Assembly: GCA_965223325.1 (NCBI GenBank)
Contig: CBDCWI010000002.1
Coordinates: forward strand, 32,001-96,000
Source: Candidatus Multivoradales bacterium
GTDB taxonomy: Bacteria > Acidobacteriota > Thermoanaerobaculia > Multivoradales > Multivoraceae
Length of the DNA stretch: 64,000 nt
Reading direction: 5' to 3'
The position numbers and the translations under genes were made by a program. Shown in pieces: positions 57,018 through 64,000 of the stretch. The number at the start of each line of letters is the position of its first letter. Position 1 is the stretch's first letter. The notes under the pieces are model-generated. The model had not been told where the DNA came from, ran no database searches, and was given only the letters and a program-made list of their open reading frames with translations.

Positions 57018-57600
57018 ATGACGGCAGCCGAAGGGAGCGCCTACCCTGAACAGACTCGCAGTGTTGATCGACCGCCTACAGGGCCGGCTGGGGACGGCAG
57101 TGTCGTGGCTGTTGCTGTTGATGATTCTGCTCGGCGCGTTCAATGCTGTGGCGCGTTACCTGGGGCGGTCACTGGGCACCAACTTGAGCTCGAACGCCTG
57201 GCTGGAAGGGCAGTGGTACCTGTTCAGCATCGTCTTCTTGTTCGCCGCACCCTACGCCCTGGTCCGCGACAGCCACGTACGCGTCGACGTCCTCTACAGT
57301 CGACTGAGTGAGCGTACGAAGGGGCTCATCGACTTCCTGGGTTCGGTTCTTTTTCTCATTCCCTTCGCCTCCTTTGCGGTCGTGTTGTCGATTCCGACGG
57401 CCATGAACTCGTGGCAGGTGCGGGAAATGTCCTCAGACCCCGGCGGCCTGGCGCGCTATCCACTCAAGGCACTGGTGCCCATCGCCTTCGCGTTGCTGGC
57501 AGTCCAGGGCGTCTCGGAAGCATGGAAGGCGTGGTGTCGGTACCGAGGGTTCGAGATCGAACCCGAGGATGCCGGTGGGCAACACGAGGAGACCTCATGA
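57018..57600 (+). CDS. dctQ: TRAP transporter small permease (apparent +1 frameshift near 57033; intact frame 57061..57600)
   Basis: 'EGQWYLF', 'HVRVDVLY', 'SSDPGGL'; strong SD-ATG at 57018 is out of frame by one base. Confidence 0.85.
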
Positions 57601-58916
57601 ACGAGTGGCTCGGACCGCTGATGTTCGTGGTGGTGTTTCTGTTCATCTTCTCGGGCTATCCGGTGGCGTTTTCGCTCGGCGGCACGGCGCTGGCCTTCGC
57701 CGGGATCGGTCTCGCCACCGGCTTCTTCGACTTTGCCTATCTCTACGCCTTTCCCGAGCGGGTCTTCGGGGTGATGGCCAACTACGTTCTGCTGGCGGTG
57801 CCGTTCTTCATCTTCATGGGCACGATGCTCGAGCGCTCGCGCCTGGCGGAAGACCTGCTCACCACCATCGGTCAGCTTTTCGGTCGTCTCCGCGGTGGCC
57901 TTGCACTGGCGGTGGTGTTCGTCGGTGCGCTCCTGGCTGCGGCGACTGGGGTCGTTGGCGCTTCGGTGGTGGCGATGGGCATGATCTCGCTGCCGGTGAT
58001 GATGCGCCACAACTACTCACCCGAGCTCGCCACCGGTGTGATTACGGCGTCCGGGACCCTGGGCCAGGTGATTCCACCCAGTGTCGTTCTGGTGGTGCTG
58101 GCCGATCAGCTCGGGGTTTCGGTTGGCGACCTGTTTCTGGGCTCGCTGGTGCCCGGCCTCATGCTGGCCAGCATGTTCGCCCTCTACGTCGCCGGTGTTG
58201 CCCTGGTCAAACCCGCGGCGGCGCCAGCGCTACCCATCGAAGCGCGCCCCAAAGGCATAGTGAGCCTGGCCAAGCGCACGCTCCTGGTGATGATTCCTCC
58301 GCTGGCGCTCATCTTGGTGGTCCTCGGGAGCATTTTCGCCGGCATCGCGACACCGACCGAGGCGGGCGCGCTGGGTGCTGTGGGCGCGATGGTTCTAGCG
58401 GCGGCCAACCGACGGCTGACCTGGAAGGCGGTTTCCGAGACCCTGGATGAGACCACCAAGCTGACCACGATGGTGATCTTTCTGCTGCTGGGCTCGACAG
58501 CGTTTGCTCTGATCTTTCGGGGCTTGAACGGCGACATCTGGATCGAAGACCTCTTGACCAACTTGCCGGGCGGGCGGCTGGGCCTTCTGGTGGTGGCCAA
58601 CCTGGCGATCTTCATTCTGGGCTTCTTCATCGACTTCTTCGAGATCGCGTTCATCATCGTGCCGCTTCTGGCTCCTGCGGCGCGCATTCTGGGGATCGAC
58701 CTGGTGTGGTTCGGAGTGATGATCGGCATGAACCTGCAGACCTCGTTCCTGACCCCGCCGTTCGGCTTCGCAATCTTCTACCTGCGCGGCATCGCCCCGC
58801 CCGAAATCAAGACCACACAGATCTATCGCGGGGTCGTACCCTTCATTGTCATCCAGCTGATCGGTCTGTTCCTGATTTGCGTCTTTCCGCAGCTGGTCAC
58901 CTGGTTCGGGGTCTAG
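57597..58916 (+). CDS. dctM: TRAP transporter large permease
   Basis: 'GYPVAFSL', 'LLAVPFFIFMG', 'GTLGQVIPPS', 'TPTEA', 'SFLTPPFG'. Confidence 0.95.
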   Translation: MNEWLGPLMFVVVFLFIFSGYPVAFSLGGTALAFAGIGLATGFFDFAYLYAFPERVFGVMANYVLLAVPFFIFMGTMLERSRLAEDLLTTIGQLFGRLRGGLALAVVFVGALLAAATGVVGASVVAMGMISLPVMMRHNYSPELATGVITASGTLGQVIPPSVVLVVLADQLGVSVGDLFLGSLVPGLMLASMFALYVAGVALVKPAAAPALPIEARPKGIVSLAKRTLLVMIPPLALILVVLGSIFAGIATPTEAGALGAVGAMVLAAANRRLTWKAVSETLDETTKLTTMVIFLLLGSTAFALIFRGLNGDIWIEDLLTNLPGGRLGLLVVANLAIFILGFFIDFFEIAFIIVPLLAPAARILGIDLVWFGVMIGMNLQTSFLTPPFGFAIFYLRGIAPPEIKTTQIYRGVVPFIVIQLIGLFLICVFPQLVTWFGV

Positions 58917-59688
58917 CGAGGGTCGCGGTGCTCGCCGTTTCCTCGGACCGACGGCGTTCCTCGAAGGGGGATCGCGGTCGGCGGTCCTACCACGACCCTC
59001 GCTAGACGTGCTTCCCGGCAAGCAGCGCCTGGCGCTGCGCCTCGGATTCCTTGACCCCGCGTCGGAGCCTGCTTTCTCTGCAGGCGTTTCAGGGGTCAAG
59101 GAATCTAGCGAGGGTCGCGGTGCTCGCCGTTTCCTCGGACCGACAAGCGTTCCTCAAAAGGGGGATCGCGGTCGGCGGTCCTACCACGACCCTCGCTAGA
59201 CGTTCTTCCCGGCAAGCAGCGCCTGGCGCTGCGCCTCGGATTCCTTGACCCCGCGGCGGAGCCTGCTTTCTCTGCAGGCGTTTCAGGGGTCAAGGAATCT
59301 AGCAAGGGTCGCGGTGCTCGCCGTTTCCTCGGACCGACAAGCGTTCCTCAAAAGGGGGATCGCGGTCGGCGGTCCTACCACGACCCTCGCTAGACGTTCT
59401 TCCCGGCAAGCAGCGCCTGGCGCTGCGCCTCGGATTCCTTGACCCCGCGACGGAGCCTGCTTTCTCTGCAGGCGTTTCAGGGGTCAAGGAATCTAGCGAG
59501 GGTCGCGGTGCTCGTCGTTTCCTCGGACCGACGGCGTTCCTCGAAGGGGGATCGCGGTCGGCGGTCCTACCACGACCCTCGCTAGCCGTGCTTCCCGGCA
59601 AGCAGCGCCTGGCGCTGCGCCTCGGATTCCTTGACCCCGCAGTGAAGCCTGTTTTCTCTGCAGGCGTTTCAGGGGTCAAGGAATCTAC
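58913..59688. repeat. Tandem array of four 192-194-bp palindromic mosaic units (REP/BIME- or MITE-like)
   Basis: Units start at 58913, 59105, 59299 and 59493; each has a 13-bp IR, an 8-bp IR and a 14-bp IR. Confidence 0.92.
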
Positions 59689-59704
59689 GCTCAGTCTCCG
59701 CCGC

Positions 59705-60913
59705 TCAGTCGCCGTAGGCGAAGTTCTCGTAGCCGTGCTCGGCGGTAGAGAACCAGTTGTAGCTGGCGTCGCGAAACGCCGACCAGGAGTCGAAGGTCTT
59801 CTTGTAGGCCGGATCTTTGCTGGCCTCCTCGTTCATCAACTCGAAGGCGTGGTCGTGTGCGGCGCGGAGAACGTCGTCGGGGAAACGGTGGAGCTCGACG
59901 CCCTCACCGAGCAGTCGAGCGAGCGCCGGTGGGTTGAGCGCGTCATAGGCGGCGAGCATTTCGGTGTTGGCCTCGTATGCCGCGACGGTGAACATCTCCT
60001 GGTAGGTCGCCGGCAGGCTGTCCCAGGCTTTCTGGTTGACGAACGCCGAGAGGGTCGGGCCGGGTTCCCACCAGCCCGGGTAGTAGTAGTGCCTTGCCAC
60101 CTTGTGAAAGCCCAGCTTCTCGTCGTCGTAGGGGCCGACCCACTCGGTGGCATCGATCACTCCCCGCTCGAGGGCGGGATAGATCTCGCCGCCGGCGATG
60201 GTCTGCACCGAAACGCCGAGGCGGCTCATGACTTCGGCTCCGAGACCGGGAATGCGCATCTTGAGTGCCGACAGCTCGCTGAGCGAACTGAACGGTTGGC
60301 GAAACCAACCCCCCATCTGGGTGCCGGTGTTGCCGGCGGGAAAGTTGATGATGCCGAAGTCGCTGAGCACCGAGCGCATGGCGTCGAGACCGCCGCCACG
60401 GAACAGCCAGGCGTTCTGCTGGCGTGCGGTGAGCCCGAACGGCATGGCGGTGTCGAAGGCCAACGCCGGATTCTTGCCGGTGTAGTAGTAGCTCGCGGTA
60501 TGACCGACCTGGACGGTGCCCTGCTGCGTGGCGTCGAGCACCTGGAGCGGTGGCACGAGCTCGCCAGAGGGATGGCAGCGGATCTTGAAGCGGCCCTCAC
60601 TCAGCGCCTCGACCCGCGCTGCCAGGACTTCAGCCGCACCATAGATGGTGTCGAGTGAGCGCGGGAAGCTCGACGCGAGCCGCCAGTTGAGCTTTGGCTG
60701 GCTGACGACTGCTGGTCCACTGCCGGTCTCACTGCCGCAGCCAGCGACCAGACCACCGAGTGCCAGACCACCGAATGAGAGGCCAGTGCCGAGGAGGAGT
60801 CGGCGACGGCCGATGGGTTCGCCGGTCTGGGCCCGATCGGGTGAGGCCGAGGATTCGTTGCACCCTGAACTCGACGAGCCAGACGACGGGTTGGCGGTGG
60901 ACTTCTTCTGCAT
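59705..60913 (-). CDS. dctP: TRAP substrate-binding protein (TakP-like), Tat/lipoprotein signal
   Basis: 'RRRLL', 'VAGC', 'WRLASSFP', 'GNTGTQMGGWF', 'KMRIPG', 'EWVGPYDD', 'YYPGWWEP'. Confidence 0.93.
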   Translation of the reverse strand: MQKKSTANPSSGSSSSGCNESSASPDRAQTGEPIGRRRLLLGTGLSFGGLALGGLVAGCGSETGSGPAVVSQPKLNWRLASSFPRSLDTIYGAAEVLAARVEALSEGRFKIRCHPSGELVPPLQVLDATQQGTVQVGHTASYYYTGKNPALAFDTAMPFGLTARQQNAWLFRGGGLDAMRSVLSDFGIINFPAGNTGTQMGGWFRQPFSSLSELSALKMRIPGLGAEVMSRLGVSVQTIAGGEIYPALERGVIDATEWVGPYDDEKLGFHKVARHYYYPGWWEPGPTLSAFVNQKAWDSLPATYQEMFTVAAYEANTEMLAAYDALNPPALARLLGEGVELHRFPDDVLRAAHDHAFELMNEEASKDPAYKKTFDSWSAFRDASYNWFSTAEHGYENFAYGD

Positions 60914-60991
60914 CCTGCTCTCTCTTTCTCGGGCGGTCGCGGGGTGTCTGAGATCCTACCTGCCTTACGGTTCTGGTACTGGCGTACCCGG

Positions 60992-62533
60992 TCATTGCTT
61001 GGCGGCGAAACGACCCGGAAGCACGAGTGCCAGGTTGTCGAGCAGGCGACGCCAGAGACTCGGACCGAAGAGCCGCAACGCGACGACGAACGAGAGCGCT
61101 CCAACCGCGACCAGGACGAGCATGTGCCAGGGCTCGCCGAGAGCCTCCAGCGCCTCGATGCGACGGGCGGCCAGCGTCGACGCCGCGGTCGCCAGGGCAG
61201 CCAGGAGAGGAGCGCCCAACGCGCGCAGGTAGGCCAGCGCATCGAGGCCGAGAAGTCTTCGTCCCAAGAGCAGTTCGAGAGGCACGGCCAAGAGAGCAGC
61301 GGCAGCCATCGACCACGCCACCTGCGCCAGATCGGCTCCGAGGGTTGCCGCCCCGGCGAGGACGACCAGGATGAGTGCGGTGGCAGCCAGGTCGAGCCGC
61401 AGGCGTTCCCTCATCCGGGAGATCGCGGCGAGCCCACTCCTGATCGGCGATCCCAGGGTGAGCGCCAGTCGGTACGCGCAGAGAGCCTGAACCACCGGCA
61501 CCGCCGGACTCCAGTCGGTGGCGCCGCGGTAGAGAAAGGGCACCAGCTGTGGCGCCAGGATCATCAAGCCGAACGCCAGGGGCGCAACTGCGACGGCCGA
61601 CAGCTGGGCTGCCTCCTGGACGGCACGGCGGAGGCGTTCCCGGTCGGACTGAAGGCGGCTCAGGGTCGACCAGATGACCGGGCCGACCGCCGCGCCGATC
61701 ATGCCCACCAGTCCGCCGACGAGACCCTTGCCGATCTCGTAGAAGCCCAGCGCGTCCTTGCCGAGCAGGGTTCCGAGGAGTAATACGTCACCCCGTTCCC
61801 GGGCGGTGGTGGCGATCTGCACGCCGATCATGCGGGAGCCGAAGTGCAGCAGCTCGAGGTAGGCTTTCCACGAACAACGGAGCGCCGGGCGCCAGCCGGA
61901 AGCGATCCACAAGACGACCAGAGAGACGGCCTGCGAAACCAGGTGCATCCACACCAGGGCGAAGGCGCCGGCGCCCCGGAGGGCCAGCACGACGCCCACG
62001 ATCGCTCCGGCGAGCCGGCCAATGACCGTTCTGAGGGCGAGAGCCCGAAAGTCGAGATGACGCCGCAGGAGGGCGTCGTGGGTGGCGCTCCCGGCGGTGA
62101 GCAGGAACGCCGCGGCGAGCCAGGGCAGGATCGAGATCAGGTCAGGCGTCCGCAAGAGAGCAGCAATCTGGCCCGCACCGAACAGCGTGGCGACCGCGAG
62201 CAGCGCGGCGAATGCCACGTTGCACCAGAACGCGGTGTCGAGATGAATGCGCAACAGGTCGCGACGCTGGACGATCGCTGCGCTCAGCCCCTGGTTGAGG
62301 AGCAGGGACATCGCGTCGATGAAGGCCAGGGCGAGCGCTACCAGGCCGATCTCGCCCGGCCCGATCAGGGCCGCCAGAACGAGGTAGACCACCCAGCGCA
62401 GGCCCTTGTCGGAAAACTGCTGGAGCGCCGACCAGAACGAGCCGCGAACGGCCGAACCGCGCAGGCCGCCGTCGCTGGCCCCAAGAGGAGGCTCGATGGC
62501 TTCTGAGTCGGGTCCCGGAGGTTCGCGTGGCAT
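60992..62533 (-). CDS. wzx: Polysaccharide flippase (Wzx/PST family)
   Basis: 'AVRGSFWS', 'GLSAAIVQR', 'TAFWCN', 'LLRRHLDFRAL', 'LGKDALGFY'. Confidence 0.85.
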   Translation of the reverse strand: MPREPPGPDSEAIEPPLGASDGGLRGSAVRGSFWSALQQFSDKGLRWVVYLVLAALIGPGEIGLVALALAFIDAMSLLLNQGLSAAIVQRRDLLRIHLDTAFWCNVAFAALLAVATLFGAGQIAALLRTPDLISILPWLAAAFLLTAGSATHDALLRRHLDFRALALRTVIGRLAGAIVGVVLALRGAGAFALVWMHLVSQAVSLVVLWIASGWRPALRCSWKAYLELLHFGSRMIGVQIATTARERGDVLLLGTLLGKDALGFYEIGKGLVGGLVGMIGAAVGPVIWSTLSRLQSDRERLRRAVQEAAQLSAVAVAPLAFGLMILAPQLVPFLYRGATDWSPAVPVVQALCAYRLALTLGSPIRSGLAAISRMRERLRLDLAATALILVVLAGAATLGADLAQVAWSMAAAALLAVPLELLLGRRLLGLDALAYLRALGAPLLAALATAASTLAARRIEALEALGEPWHMLVLVAVGALSFVVALRLFGPSLWRRLLDNLALVLPGRFAAKQ

Positions 62534-62751
62534 GGAAGTGATGCTCACCCGTTCTGGCTCGGCAAGCAAGTGCTCGCCTGCGGTGGCAGAGCATCTTTGC
62601 GATTTGGTGGCATCTTGCGCATCGCCAGCGGGGGCTAGCGGTAGAATCCAGGTTCCTTCCGCCAATGTCCGCGAGCTGATCGTTCCAGCCCGCTCAGGCT
62701 CACACCGCTTCGCTTCGCCGAAGCATCTGCGGGCCGTAGGAGACCCAAGCC

Positions 62752-64000
62752 ATGAAGCCAAGACCCTCCTCGCACCTCGTCGGTCGCATGCGACTGTTGC
62801 TTCTGGTCGTGATCTCGGCCTCCTTGCTGCCGGCCTGTTCGATGAACCCGGCGACCGGTAAACGGCAGCTCAACTTCTTCTCGGAGGAGCAGGAGATTGC
62901 CATGGGCCGGGAGGGTAGTGACTCTTTCATCCAAAACTTTGGTCTCTACCCAGACGAGGAACTCCAGCAGCTGGTGGCCGAGATCGGTGCCGACCTGGCG
63001 GCGGCTTCGGAGCGGCCACACCTGCCGTGGCGTTTCGTGGTCATGGACGAGACGATCGTCAACGCCTACGCAATGCCCGGTGGCTTCATCCACATCACTC
63101 GCGAGATGCTCGCCCATATGAACTCGGAGGCCGAGCTAGCGGCAGTTCTGGGGCATGAGATCGGCCACGTCACGGCCCGGCACTCGGTCAACCAGATGAG
63201 CAAGCAGAGCATCGCGCAGGGCCTGCTGGCCGTCGGCATGATCGCCGCCGGGCCCGAGTACGCCCAGGACATCGGCCAGCTCGGTGGTGCAGCGGCTCAG
63301 ATGTTGTTTCTGAAGTATGGCCGCGACGATGAGTCGCAGGCCGACTCGCTGGGGCTTCGCTATACGGTCAGCGAGGGTTGGGATCCGGAGCACATCCCGG
63401 ATGTCTTTGCGACGCTCGGCCGGCTCGAGGCGTTTCATGGCGGCGGGCAGGCGATCCCGAACTGGGCGCGAAGCCATCCGACCGGGCAGGAGCGCGTGCG
63501 CCGACTCGAAGCGGAAATCGCTCAGATCGAGCCGATGGACGGTCGCTACGGCAGAGAAGAGTTTCTGGCGCGTCTCGACGGACTGATGTGGGGAGAGAAT
63601 CCGCGCGAGGGGTATTTCAAGGACGGGCGTTTCTACCACCCGGACATGGCGTTCTCGTTTCGCGTCCCGGAGAACTGGCGCAAGCTGAACCAGAAAGACG
63701 CCGTGCGGGCGCTCAGCCCGGAGGGTGACCTGATGGCCCAGCTGACCCTCGCGCAAGGCGGCGACGCTGAAACGGCAGCGCGCAACTTCTACTCGCAGCG
63801 GGGCATCGAGCGCGGTCGCACCGACTTCAGCCCGGTCAACGGAGTCAAGGCGTTCCGTGGCCAGTTCGGAGTGCCGCGACAAGGCGGCAACCTGGCCGGA
63901 ATCGTGGCGTTCTTCGAGCACCGAGGCACCGTTTTGCAGCTCACGACGTTCACCGTCGAAGAGCGCTATCGCAGTCTCGAGCGCTCGATGCTGGCGATCC
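62752..64000 (+). CDS. M48-family Zn metalloprotease lipoprotein, 3' partial (absent from ORF track because it runs off the window)
   Basis: AGGAGA SD; 'LPAC-SMNPATGKRQL', 'VNAYAMPGG', 'LAAVLGHEIGH', 'YGRDDESQAD', 'SHP'. Confidence 0.92.
   Translation, partial: MKPRPSSHLVGRMRLLLLVVISASLLPACSMNPATGKRQLNFFSEEQEIAMGREGSDSFIQNFGLYPDEELQQLVAEIGADLAAASERPHLPWRFVVMDETIVNAYAMPGGFIHITREMLAHMNSEAELAAVLGHEIGHVTARHSVNQMSKQSIAQGLLAVGMIAAGPEYAQDIGQLGGAAAQMLFLKYGRDDESQADSLGLRYTVSEGWDPEHIPDVFATLGRLEAFHGGGQAIPNWARSHPTGQERVRRLEAEIAQIEPMDGRYGREEFLARLDGLMWGENPREGYFKDGRFYHPDMAFSFRVPENWRKLNQKDAVRALSPEGDLMAQLTLAQGGDAETAARNFYSQRGIERGRTDFSPVNGVKAFRGQFGVPRQGGNLAGIVAFFEHRGTVLQLTTFTVEERYRSLERSMLAI

Noticed and set aside
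58395-59679. Repeated small ORFs (65-234 aa) in the tandem array
   Set aside because: By-products of GC-rich palindromic repeats; frames change between units and no SD sites are evident.
58913-59688. CRISPR array
   Set aside because: Units are near-identical over their whole length, with no unique spacers and no cas genes nearby.

Overview
High-GC bacterial window, probably Acidobacteriota/Thermoanaerobaculia-like. This is inferred from gene content and a C-terminal 'LFEDGFEAGDVSRWS' tag, not proven. Positions 1-18,263 are the right-hand part of a siphovirus-type prophage. It contains a beta-helix protein, a tail tube, a tail assembly chaperone with a G-GGA-AAA -1 frameshift, a 1311-aa tape measure protein, a baseplate/hub-like protein with four inserted LamG/pentraxin-like domains, a second tail-tip protein and a holin-like/amidase lysis module. 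A leftward accessory cluster follows, and the prophage ends at a displaced 3' half of tRNA-Arg(CCT) (att site). The rest is host chromosome: deoA/pdp, sppA, iaaA, an SSS transporter, a TPR-Ser/Thr kinase, trpS, yhhQ, class II DAHP synthase, PilZ-AMIN, murJ, a 5-oxoprolinase split in two, an acyl-CoA ligase, trmL, MATE, a TRAP system, wzx and an M48 protease. The most notable observations are: (i) two copies of a 166-bp CTAG-flanked MITE, one inserted into codons 2-3 of a gene, which stops the native start after 7 codons and supplies an in-frame ATG from its own terminal inverted repeat; (ii) a 4 x 192-194-bp multi-hairpin tandem array between convergent TRAP genes; (iii) a 7-bp tandem duplication that frameshifts a prophage membrane-anchored gene; (iv) the four-lectin tail hub. 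All product calls come from motif recognition by eye; no database searches were run.
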